DNA from: Sulfolobales archaeon
GTDB taxonomy: Archaea; Thermoproteota; Thermoprotei_A; Sulfolobales; AG1
Assembly: GCA_049976205.1 (NCBI GenBank)
Contig: JBMFIR010000004.1
Location: 1,213 to 65,212, forward strand
Length of the DNA: 64,000 nucleotides
Direction: 5' to 3'
A model generated the notes under the pieces. The model made no database searches. It was given only the letters and a program-made list of their open reading frames with translations, and was not told where the DNA came from. Of the stretch, positions 27,931 through 36,973 are shown piece after piece; position 1 is the stretch's first letter, and each line of letters begins with the position of its first letter. Position numbers and translations under genes: made by a program.

Positions 27931-29085
27931 GTGACAAGCCGAGTTGATATGAATTCAACACAGTATAAATTTAGATGTGTGCGTTGCGGCAGAGAAATAG
28001 ATTCATCAAATATAATTTTTAGATGCCCATTCTGCAAAGGTCTTCTCGTAATAGAGTACGAAAAACCTGTGTTTATGATTGATAAAGATAAGCCAGGTAT
28101 ATGGAGATATAGATCTCTTCTACCGAATTTCAAAGAGATCATATCTCGTGGAGAAGGATATACTCCTATAAAACGCGTTGGAGGAGTATATATTAAGAAT
28201 GAGAAAATTAACCCAACGGGTAGCTACGTAGATAGAGCATCAGCGTTAATTGCTTCTTATATAAGCAATTTTAGAGTAAGAGATGTTGTAGTAGAATATG
28301 AAGAAGTATTTTCTAAATCTCTAGCCTACTATCTATCTAATTTAACAAATATTAGATTCTGTATTGAAAATGAGGATCTCACTAATATACCAATAAATGA
28401 TCTAGTTTATTTAATGAAGATAGGAGAGATAGAGATATGCGGAGATAAACATATTGAAAACACATTAGTATTAAACTACGCTAATCCTCTAACTATAGAA
28501 GGTTTAAAAACAATTGTATTTGAGCTATACGAAAAGAAGATTAATGTAGATTACATAGTAGTTCCAGCGAAGACAGGTATATTAGCGTATTCTCTGGCTA
28601 AGGGTATGAACGATCTCGAGAAATCCGGCTTAAATACAGGTTATGAGATAATCGCCACACTACCAAAAAACAATCCTATTCCAGAGATCCTCAGAGAAAC
28701 AAGAAAGATCAAAGTTATAGAAGTGCCTCATAGAGAAATTCTTGAATCATTAAAAGAATTGGTTAGCCATAGAATAAATACTCCTCCACTCTCTGCAACA
28801 GCTTACTATGTGGCAAAGAATATGAGTAGAGCCATCGCCGTAATAACGGCAGGCTATAAACCTACTGCCAAAATATATCGAGATAAAGGTCTCAAAAAAA
28901 TTATTCTCGAGACAATCAAGAGGAGGGGTCCTATGACCGCTTACGAAATATGGAAAGAAAATCAGAAATATTCTCTCCGCGGAATCTACAAGTCTATTCA
29001 TAGTCTAATTGAGCAAGGGTATATATGCTTCGAGACACAGACTAAAAGAGGCAGAAAAGTTCGTGTATATGATATATGCTCATAA
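27931..29085 (+). CDS. threonine-synthase-like (fold-type II PLP enzyme fold) protein lacking the PLP lysine, fused to a C-terminal winged-helix domain
   Basis: Zn ribbon CVRCG...CPFCKG, GIWRYRSLLP, GEGYTP, and NPLTIEGLKT match ThrC. NPTGSYVDRAS carries Val where the Schiff-base Lys belongs. The C-terminal RRGPMTAYEIWKENQKYSLRGIYKSIHSLIEQGYICFETQTKRGRKVRVYDI is wHTH-like. Confidence 0.7.
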   Translation: MTSRVDMNSTQYKFRCVRCGREIDSSNIIFRCPFCKGLLVIEYEKPVFMIDKDKPGIWRYRSLLPNFKEIISRGEGYTPIKRVGGVYIKNEKINPTGSYVDRASALIASYISNFRVRDVVVEYEEVFSKSLAYYLSNLTNIRFCIENEDLTNIPINDLVYLMKIGEIEICGDKHIENTLVLNYANPLTIEGLKTIVFELYEKKINVDYIVVPAKTGILAYSLAKGMNDLEKSGLNTGYEIIATLPKNNPIPEILRETRKIKVIEVPHREILESLKELVSHRINTPPLSATAYYVAKNMSRAIAVITAGYKPTAKIYRDKGLKKIILETIKRRGPMTAYEIWKENQKYSLRGIYKSIHSLIEQGYICFETQTKRGRKVRVYDICS

Positions 29086-29172
29086 TCTTTTTCAAGGCGT
29101 TTATCGCATAATTAAGTGATAGATAAACAAATACGCATACCGACTCCCAGATGAACTAATCAGTAATTAGGG

Positions 29173-30162
29173 CTATATATCGAGTTTTAAGAAATCAAGT
29201 CTTTTACTATATTCTAAGTCTCTTATCTCTTCTCTTGACCCAGGTTTTCTGAAGACAAATAGTTTCTCGTGGTATATGAGTAGAAAATCTCTTTTTCTTA
29301 ATCTGCTCCACACTTCTCTCGTGGTCTTCATCTTGTGCTGTATCTTAATAACCTCCTCCTTCAACACAAAGCCCGCATCTAGAAAGACTTGCATTACATA
29401 ATGTGATATTGGCACATAGTGTTTTCTAATTCTCGTATCCCCAATTAATATTGCACAATATTTCCCAGGTCTCAGCACTCTATATATCTCTCTAGCTACA
29501 TCTCTCATCCATCTCAGATACTCCTCGAGGCTCCTAGTCTTAGAGAGATCTCCATCAACTCTATCCCCATCACCGTACTTGATTATATTGAAGTAAGGTG
29601 GGTGAGTAGCCACGAGATCAATGCTCTCGTCCCCGATCAAGTCTAGTTTCCTCGCATCCCCTAGATAGACCTTGTACCACACCTTCTTAGTATCCTCTAC
29701 ATCAACTCCCTCAATTTTTGCATCAGTGCTCTCATAGAGGTTTTTCAAGGCCTCCTCGAGGTAGTAGAGTCTGTGGAGTGTTAGTATCACAGCGTTATAG
29801 TTTATGTCTACACCAATAGAGTTTCTCCCCAGGAGCTTAGCCTCTATCAATGTGGTCCCACTACCCATCATAGGATCCAGGACAATGTCACCGGGTTTAG
29901 TGTACATAAGTATAAGAGCCCTAGGTATCTGAGGAGCCCAATTCCCTCTGTAATCCCCTCTATGAGTAGCCCAAGAACCTCTCCTAGGGAAACTCCAGAC
30001 AGTAGTTGATACATCAGTCAACTCCTCGGGCTCAGGAGCTAGACGCTTAATCCTAACCGGCTGAAGACTAATGACTTGATCCTCTAGCACAATTTCTTTA
30101 TGCTTCGCCACATACTCAAGATACTCATTAAATGAGACTTCTCTCATTCTCAGTATTTTCAC
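29173..30162 (-). CDS. DNA (N6-adenine or N4-cytosine) methyltransferase, motif order X-I...IV; orphan
   Basis: WSFP...HRGDYRGNWAPQIPRALI...GDIVLDPMMGSGTT is the AdoMet motif I. LVATHPPYFN is the (D/N/S)PPY-type motif IV. Confidence 0.7.
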   Translation of the reverse strand: MKILRMREVSFNEYLEYVAKHKEIVLEDQVISLQPVRIKRLAPEPEELTDVSTTVWSFPRRGSWATHRGDYRGNWAPQIPRALILMYTKPGDIVLDPMMGSGTTLIEAKLLGRNSIGVDINYNAVILTLHRLYYLEEALKNLYESTDAKIEGVDVEDTKKVWYKVYLGDARKLDLIGDESIDLVATHPPYFNIIKYGDGDRVDGDLSKTRSLEEYLRWMRDVAREIYRVLRPGKYCAILIGDTRIRKHYVPISHYVMQVFLDAGFVLKEEVIKIQHKMKTTREVWSRLRKRDFLLIYHEKLFVFRKPGSREEIRDLEYSKRLDFLKLDI

Positions 30163-30386
30163 ACACCTCTGATCTTTTCTAAAATCTCAAGTATTGATTT
30201 GATTCGATAATATACTTGATCTCTTGATTCTCGTTTAAAATCAATCATATATCTCTCCCCTTAAGGACTATGATATATTAGCTTCACATAACGAGTTTCC
30301 CACATTGAGGTTATACGTAAGTAACATTATAAACTAAATGCCCCAGATAGCGATAAGAATCTTCTACCATAGATCAGTATCTTACA

Positions 30387-32585
30387 CTATATTTGAACTA
30401 CATCTTTTTCACTTATCCACATACTTTTGATCTTACCATCCACATAGTATATTAGTGTTCCACTGATTTTTGATCTAACGTAATAAGTATCATTTATATA
30501 CTCATACATGATCGGATATTGCGGAAGAAGATATTCTTGGATACCTACCACAGCTTTGCCAGCTTTAATAGGCACCAAGATTATTATTTCAGCATCATCG
30601 GTTCCTAACTCAATATCTATCTTATCTCCAGGTATCTTAAGTAATCTATAGCCACCACTGAATACTTTGTAATATAAATACTCTCCTTCTCTTAACACGT
30701 ATCTCGTTAGCAACGGATCTATTGAATCTCTTATTGATATCGGGTCTTTATAGATATTGAATACGCCAATAACAATAGAATCTTTTGATCTTGAGGCTAC
30801 TTTAAGAAGCCTAGTCTCATTATAGGGATCCGTAAATAAAGAATCTTCTGTGGGTAGAGCTGGTTCATCAACTCTTACGACTTCACCATTCGGCAAAACT
30901 ATTTTCTTAAGAAGATCTATATTTGTTTTATCCGGGTCTCTATCGGTTAAGTAAATAGGTCCACCACTCAGTACACTAGCTACTGCATAAAGTTTGGCAA
31001 AGGGATCATAGCTCATCCACATATCATAATCAGGATATGTTATAAAGCTGAAGAATACTGAGTTAAATATACTCCACATAACATGTAGCTTAGCCGCAGA
31101 TCTCCACAAAGGTATGTAATCAAGAGATACTCTGGCTATGTTGCTGAGAGGCATAAAACTATAGTTCTCCGGATTCATCGCCATTGAATTAAGGATCCAC
31201 ATGTTATGCTCATGAGCTGCTAATTGTGAACTAATCATTATATTCTCTGAAGCTCTCGCAATATCTATCTGGTCTTCATAAGCTAATTTTATGTAGTATT
31301 GATTATCTATTTTAACAAAATCAAATCCTTGTTCTCTTAAGTATCTGAAGAATCTTCTGAAGAAATCAAGTGCCTTCTCAAACTCAGGAGATGGTACATG
31401 AGTCCCAGTTCTGTAATCAATTACTGCCTCGGAACCTAATTCATTAAATACATCCTTATGTGCACCGCCCCAATGCAGATTTATAGTGTGCCACAATCCA
31501 ATCTCCTCAACCCCCAGCCTCTTAACTGACTCTATCAATTCTCTGAAACCAGCTGGGAATTTGTCTCTTCTAGGCTGTAAAGACTTAAGGATCCTCACAC
31601 TAATAGCTCCGAACTCAGGTTGCCTAAGTCTAAGCTCCTTAATCTCCTCAATTTGCCACCCATCATCCACAATAACCCATTTCACCGGAACACCTCTTCT
31701 CACTAAACCACCAACGATCTTCTTGATATCATCTGAGCTCAAGTCAACTAGTTGAAGAGCATTCCAACTACACCACCCAAGCTTACTCAACACCCTAGGA
31801 GCAGGCTTCTGAAGTCGGTGTTTGATAAATGTGTATTGTGAAACTAGATCGATTAATCTCTCAATTGATTCATAGGGTCTCTCGGCATAAGCTATCGCCA
31901 GAATATTACTTCTTTTGATCTCATTAACAACTTTTCCAGAGAAAGTTTCAATAACTAAATTAGGTGATGCATACGCCGACAAAGCTCCGTTGGTTAATGT
32001 AAGAATCGATAGATAACCATGATGATACTTAGCTAATATAAATATGGTGTAAGGAAATAACTTATTAAACGAATCAATTTGATAAGGAAACGCCCAGCTA
32101 CTAATCCTAAATAATTTATCCTTAGGATCCTTAGGATATTCAATATAATCAGATGGCCTAGGTACACTAGGTACTCTCTCTAATCCCACCAGATTATAAT
32201 ATTCGAATCCTTTCTCATAATCAAATCCTATATTATAGATCGTTAAGGCAAGTATTTTCCCTGGTGATTCGAAAAAATCTACTTTCAGCGACAATGGTTC
32301 TTTACTAAATGGTGTGGTTTCAGATTTCCCTTCAACATTAAATAATAAGCTATTTTCTCCCTCTATAAAGCTTAGTTTAATGTAGTCTTTATCACTGATC
32401 TTATAGAGATCTTCTGTGTCTCTTCTCTCTATAATCAACATATCGCCACTATATTCATCTCCAGTTGCTTTCTTCACTTTATGAACAGCTATATCAAATT
32501 TTAACCTCCCTACATTGATTCTCAAGAAAACCTCCTCATCTCGGCTCTTTACATAATAAATATCCGAGATAAAATTTATACCCAA
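30387..32585 (-). CDS. alpha-galactosidase, GH36 (raffinose-synthase/seed-imbibition-like, GalS-type)
   Basis: LGWCSWNAL, VKWVIVDDGWQ, and DFVKIDNQ are typical GH36/raffinose synthase blocks. At 732 aa it has the length of Sulfolobus GalS. Confidence 0.75.
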   Translation of the reverse strand: MGINFISDIYYVKSRDEEVFLRINVGRLKFDIAVHKVKKATGDEYSGDMLIIERRDTEDLYKISDKDYIKLSFIEGENSLLFNVEGKSETTPFSKEPLSLKVDFFESPGKILALTIYNIGFDYEKGFEYYNLVGLERVPSVPRPSDYIEYPKDPKDKLFRISSWAFPYQIDSFNKLFPYTIFILAKYHHGYLSILTLTNGALSAYASPNLVIETFSGKVVNEIKRSNILAIAYAERPYESIERLIDLVSQYTFIKHRLQKPAPRVLSKLGWCSWNALQLVDLSSDDIKKIVGGLVRRGVPVKWVIVDDGWQIEEIKELRLRQPEFGAISVRILKSLQPRRDKFPAGFRELIESVKRLGVEEIGLWHTINLHWGGAHKDVFNELGSEAVIDYRTGTHVPSPEFEKALDFFRRFFRYLREQGFDFVKIDNQYYIKLAYEDQIDIARASENIMISSQLAAHEHNMWILNSMAMNPENYSFMPLSNIARVSLDYIPLWRSAAKLHVMWSIFNSVFFSFITYPDYDMWMSYDPFAKLYAVASVLSGGPIYLTDRDPDKTNIDLLKKIVLPNGEVVRVDEPALPTEDSLFTDPYNETRLLKVASRSKDSIVIGVFNIYKDPISIRDSIDPLLTRYVLREGEYLYYKVFSGGYRLLKIPGDKIDIELGTDDAEIIILVPIKAGKAVVGIQEYLLPQYPIMYEYINDTYYVRSKISGTLIYYVDGKIKSMWISEKDVVQI

Positions 32586-32725
32586 AAACTTGTTCTTATC
32601 ACTTACACTATAAAAGATCTTTACGCTTACCCTTGAGCTCTAAAGGATCTTTAAATACATGAAATAAAGATCTTAATACAGATCCTCATAATGATTCAGA
32701 TCTGTTTTTTAATGAACTGACCTTC

Positions 32726-32991
32726 TTCTCAATTCTATATCAGATCAACACAGGTTCTCCTAGGTTCAACCCTGAACCGGTTCTCCGGCCCATCCCCCCT
32801 CAGGGGTTAGGGTTATGAACTTTATCACCGCCTCGGAGACATAAATTCAACCTTGTGTATCCAGCATCTCTATTGAGTATCACCAGAGATTAGTCCCCAA
32901 GGCACACATGCATTATAATCATCATAGATACTAGAGGATACAGAACTTATAGATCCATCATCACCCCGAAAGACGAGATTTTAGGTTGTAA
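32726..32991 (+). repeat. structured interspersed repeat, copy A (~266 bp)
   Basis: It is collinear with 48498-48778 and 34640-34882. It starts TTCTCAATTCTATA and ends ...GACGAGATTTTAGGTTGTAA. It shares hairpins H2 (32789-32812) and H3 (32831-40/32893-902). Confidence 0.7.
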
Positions 32992-33080
32992 TCATTCGAG
33001 AAGTAAGTTTTTGCTCGAAGACGCACAATATCTGAACGTAGTGACTAAAGCTTCTGTGAATTATGGATCTTATTGAATAG

Positions 33081-33155
33081 CGGGCCCGCCGGGATTTGAA
33101 CCCGGGACCTCCGGCTCCGCAGGCCGACGCCCTATCCTGGCTAGGCGACGGGCCC
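33081..33155 (-). tRNA. tRNA-Arg (anticodon GCG), no encoded CCA
   Basis: Minus strand: GGGCCCG TC GCCT-AGCCAGGATA-GGGC G TCGGC CTGCGGA GCCGA GGTC CCGGG-TTCAAAT-CCCGG CGGGCCC G. Confidence 0.9.
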
Positions 33156-33249
33156 CATGATTATTTTTGAGTGATTAAGTTAATATCTCTCATAGACTAC
33201 ATATGTATTATTTTTATGAGAAGTGAATATTTTAATTGGCTGAGTAGTA

Positions 33250-33699
33250 ATGATTACTCTGAGGCTTCCTCCCAGGATCAAGGTCTTAGAGGCTTTGGGC
33301 GCTGTTGCTGATGGTAGAGTGAAGATTATTGATGATCACTATGCTGAGGTGGTGAGTTCTGAGGGTGATCGTGTTTATAAGGTCTATACAGATCTTTCTA
33401 GAGGAGTTGTTGATAGCTCTGATAATGGGACTGTTTATCGAGGCTATATTGGGTATCCTATATTGTCTGTTTTAATGATCAGAGGTTTTCTACCTTTTAA
33501 TAAGAGAATTGCTGAGGCTCTGAGAGGTATTAGGTGGAGAGAGTTGAATGAGAGATATAAGAGCTACTCAATCGTTGAGAATATTGTTGTTTCAGAAGCA
33601 TCTAGGAAAGGTGTTTCGAGGCAAGAGATCGAGAATTTTATTAATGAAGTAATGAAGATCCTTGGTAGCAAGAGATTTTATAGAGAGAAAGTGATTTAG
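33250..33699 (+). CDS. conserved hypothetical protein, translationally abutting trmJ-like gene
   Basis: 149-aa ORF. Its stop TAG is immediately followed by the ATG of the next gene. Confidence 0.5.
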   Translation: MITLRLPPRIKVLEALGAVADGRVKIIDDHYAEVVSSEGDRVYKVYTDLSRGVVDSSDNGTVYRGYIGYPILSVLMIRGFLPFNKRIAEALRGIRWRELNERYKSYSIVENIVVSEASRKGVSRQEIENFINEVMKILGSKRFYREKVI

Positions 33700-34449
33700 A
33701 TGATTAATAAGGACATAAGAATTGTTCTAGTAGGTGTCGAGGGATCCATTAACCTAGGTTTCGTAGCTAGATTATGTAAGAATTTTGGTGTAGAGAAACT
33801 CTACCTTGTTAAACCCTCCGCGTCAATAGATGATGAAGCCTATAGATACGCTATGAGAGGTCGAGAGATCCTTGATAAGATCAAGATACTTGAATCAATG
33901 GATCAGTTAGTGAATGAAGTAGATCTCGTGGCATGCACATCATCCGTAGTCCCAATTGATAGAGATCCTCTCAGGCAACCCATGGAACTAAGTGAATTTA
34001 TTGAACTAATAGATAAATACAGATCCATAGCAGTGGTTTTTGGGAGAGAAAGCACAGGATTAACAAGAGAAGAACTAAGAAAATGTCATCTCTATATACA
34101 CATAGAGGCTGATCAAAATTACCCAGTACTTAATCTCTCACACGCAGTAGCAATAACACTCTATGAAATACACAAGAAATACAGTACCCAGAAAAGTCTC
34201 GAGACACTCGAGAAAATCGATAAAGAAGACCTCAGGATCTTGGAGACAGTAGTAAGTAAGATAGTTGAGTTAGTGTATCCACCTAATCGAAGAGAAGATA
34301 TTAGAGCATCTCTGATGAGAATATTGTATAAGGCGAATATGACAAAAACAGAGATCAGACTATTAGCTAGAACCCTAAGCAAATTAATCTCATTAGCACA
34401 AAAAAGATCAAAAGCCGATCTTTTAACATACGAAGAAGACATCAATTGA
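33700..34449 (+). CDS. trmJ: SPOUT (SpoU/TrmH group, TrmJ-like) tRNA/rRNA 2'-O-methyltransferase
   Basis: IRIVLVGVEGSINLGFVARL, VVFGRESTGLT, and LNLSHAVAITLYE are the SPOUT motifs. Confidence 0.75.
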   Translation: MINKDIRIVLVGVEGSINLGFVARLCKNFGVEKLYLVKPSASIDDEAYRYAMRGREILDKIKILESMDQLVNEVDLVACTSSVVPIDRDPLRQPMELSEFIELIDKYRSIAVVFGRESTGLTREELRKCHLYIHIEADQNYPVLNLSHAVAITLYEIHKKYSTQKSLETLEKIDKEDLRILETVVSKIVELVYPPNRREDIRASLMRILYKANMTKTEIRLLARTLSKLISLAQKRSKADLLTYEEDIN

Positions 34450-34639
34450 TTCTTTCTATCTAACTTCACGAGCTTAAATAATCGCTACTTAATACTGACA
34501 CATAACCCATTATAATACTCATAACTTATTTTAGAAAGATACGAGACAATCAAGGATCTAAATATAATATTGATAAATACATCTCTTAAAGCCTACCAGA
34601 CTTTAATACACCTCGAGAGAATCAGCAAGAATCTATCAG

Positions 34640-34882
34640 TTTTCAATTCTATAGAAGATCTTTTTGCCGGGGTCTAGGGCGCTACCCCTCCTAAAGAGAT
34701 TATTTCTATCCATAATCATCGGGTTAGGGGTAATGAGCGGGGATCCTCCCCCACCGGGTCATCGAGAAGCATATAGCCCCTGGAAACTGATCCCCAAACC
34801 CTCAAACTCTTAGATCTCATCATCGAGAAGCATTTATGCTCAAAGGCTTAAAAATCCTGCCCCGCCTTAAAAGACGAGGTTC
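34640..34882 (+). repeat. structured interspersed repeat, copy C (~243 bp)
   Basis: It starts TTTTCAATTCTATAGAAGATC and ends CCCCGCCTTAAAAGACGAGGTT. H2 is ACCCCT(34684-89)/AGGGGT(34726-31). H3 is GGGGATC(34739-45)/GATCCCC(34789-95). It has an internal duplicate, TCATCGAGAAGCAT. Confidence 0.65.
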
Positions 34883-34944
34883 GCCAAAAATCTTGCTAGT
34901 ATCATGAGATACTTGATTAATAGATCTTATGCGACACGTGATCA

Positions 34945-35679
34945 TCAGCACATATTGTTTTTGACCATGTATATTTTCTCGATAGCTTCAAAAAGATCTC
35001 TTGCGACGCATTTTGCACCTTGGTTCTCTAGTAGTTTTTTCTTAGAATCATTGTCTACTACTCCTATGAATCTGACCCCTGATTTTATACTACTTAAATA
35101 ATCTGTTAAATAATCTCCGAGAAAAATTGCTTCATCAGGATCTGCGCCATAGTCTCTCAAGATCTTTTTAATAATATCTGATTTATCAAATAAGAATTCC
35201 TCTTCTAAATCTCTCGTATAGGCTCTGTCCAAGGTGTATATATCATCAACTAAATCTTCTACACCAAATATTCTCAATTCATCAAAAACTGTTTCTCTAG
35301 GACACTCACGTCCCGTAGCTATTACGTTTCTGAGACCAATACTTCTTGAGTAAATAAGAAGTTCTCGAGCACCTCTATTAAGAAAACCTGTTTTAGTTCT
35401 ATAGAGTCTTCTGAATGTTCTCCAGAAATTTTCTCTTGAGCACCTAACGATCTTTTTTGATAGATTGTTCTCAATATATAGTCTATAGAACTTGTCGTAG
35501 GTGAGTATCTCTTCACCACAGAGACTAAGTGTGGTATTGAATGTTTCGTAGAAATCAACTAGATTATTCACCAGTGTCATGTCATAGTCTAGTATAAGGA
35601 TCCTTATCTTCAAAACATACTCCAGGTAATCTACTGAGACAAGCTTAATAATCTTAGTCTGAGAATATACTTGGTGCAT
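34945..35679 (-). CDS. HAD superfamily hydrolase (phosphatase-like)
   Basis: ILILDYDMTLV is motif I (DxD), ATGR is motif II, and FLGDYLTD is motif IV. The ORF extends to 35739, but Met at 35679 avoids overlap with the divergent gene. Confidence 0.7.
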   Translation of the reverse strand: MHQVYSQTKIIKLVSVDYLEYVLKIRILILDYDMTLVNNLVDFYETFNTTLSLCGEEILTYDKFYRLYIENNLSKKIVRCSRENFWRTFRRLYRTKTGFLNRGARELLIYSRSIGLRNVIATGRECPRETVFDELRIFGVEDLVDDIYTLDRAYTRDLEEEFLFDKSDIIKKILRDYGADPDEAIFLGDYLTDYLSSIKSGVRFIGVVDNDSKKKLLENQGAKCVARDLFEAIEKIYMVKNNMC

Positions 35680-35680
35680 C

Positions 35681-36310
35681 TTGAGAGAAGAATTGAAATA
35701 CGTGCTGAAGATAAAAAGAATCACTTTTCTAATAATCATAGCTCTTCTATTAGTAGGCTACATAGTCTATATGTCAATAAGTATTTATAGAGGCTATGAG
35801 AATTATTCTAGAGTGTCTCTAGATAAGATCTACTACGAGTTTATCACGTATAGAAATAAGACCCTTATGCTCTCATACGCGGTTAGTTTAGTAGGTCAGC
35901 AATCAAGTTATGAACTCTCAACACTCTCTAGGGTTGACTGCGCCGTGAATTATAATCCTAATGCATCGATCTATAGTGTTTTTTGTTTAGGTAATCCTGA
36001 GGTTATGAGAGATCTCTTTATTGGCCAGGGTTCTAGACCTTATTTCGCGATCGTGTCTCTACTAGATCTATTCTATAATGTGACTTCTGAGAAGAATACT
36101 TCATATCTAGGAATTAAAGAAGTTGCTGTATATTTCAAGGATATGAGGATCTATGTCCCTTCGAGATATATAGCGATATATAATGTCTCTCTCAGCGAAG
36201 GCTACATGATTATTTACTCAGATCTGGTGTCAGGAGTGCCTCTCAGAGCAGAGATCTATACAGACAAGTTTAGATTAGTAGCTGATTTAATAACTTTCAC
36301 AACAACTTGA
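35681..36310 (+). CDS. hypothetical membrane-anchored/secreted protein
   Basis: N-terminal TM segment ITFLIIIALLLVGYIVYM. No motif recognised. Confidence 0.4.
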   Translation: MREELKYVLKIKRITFLIIIALLLVGYIVYMSISIYRGYENYSRVSLDKIYYEFITYRNKTLMLSYAVSLVGQQSSYELSTLSRVDCAVNYNPNASIYSVFCLGNPEVMRDLFIGQGSRPYFAIVSLLDLFYNVTSEKNTSYLGIKEVAVYFKDMRIYVPSRYIAIYNVSLSEGYMIIYSDLVSGVPLRAEIYTDKFRLVADLITFTTT

Positions 36311-36361
36311 TTCCTGATAAACAGCTTATATTTTTGAGGAGAAACTCTACTAGGGTCTCAT

Positions 36362-36961
36362 ATGCCTAAACTCACGGGCTTCAGCCTTGTTACACTAGGT
36401 TTAATAATCTCGAGTTTAGTAGTGGGTTTCTTGATAGGTTTTGCAACAACATCATTAACCGATCTAAAATATATATTCTCTCCACAAGATAAGCAAATTA
36501 TTTCACAATGTCAAGATCTAAACACTAGTTATCAGCAGTTAAGTATTTTACTAAGAAGATATATCTACATGGGGTTACTATATGATCTGAGAAGCTTAGT
36601 CGTTCTTGTGGCAGATACTAGAGTAATTGTTTCAATATCTAATTTAACATCTTCTCCTGAGCTTCTCTCAATAGCAAAAATTAATCTTGAGACGGCAGTT
36701 AATTTATCTAATAGAATCTTGGATAATATAAGAACCGCGAGAAACCTAACAACTTCACAATCAGAGGCTTATATATTGGATCAGATCAGAGACAGGATCC
36801 TAATTACGAGAGCAAATCTAGAGAATCTCTTATCAGATGTTAATAATGCTATAAATACCAAAAGTGTTCCACCTGATCTAGCGGCTAAATCAGATCGATT
36901 ATTCAATAGTGTTTCTCAAACTATTGACGAGATAGTATCTCTACTCAAACAATTATCGTAG
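36362..36961 (+). CDS. hypothetical membrane-anchored protein
   Basis: N-terminal TM segment FSLVTLGLIISSLVVGFLIGF. The rest is predicted helical. Confidence 0.4.
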   Translation: MPKLTGFSLVTLGLIISSLVVGFLIGFATTSLTDLKYIFSPQDKQIISQCQDLNTSYQQLSILLRRYIYMGLLYDLRSLVVLVADTRVIVSISNLTSSPELLSIAKINLETAVNLSNRILDNIRTARNLTTSQSEAYILDQIRDRILITRANLENLLSDVNNAINTKSVPPDLAAKSDRLFNSVSQTIDEIVSLLKQLS

Positions 36962-36973
36962 AAATATAAAAAA

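Noticed and set aside
35679-35739. The HAD hydrolase ORF might extend 20 codons further (MIIRKVILFIFSTYFNSSLK).
   Set aside because: The extension overlaps the divergent gene starting at 35681 and is hydrophobic junk. The Met at 35679 leaves a normal distance to the DxD motif.
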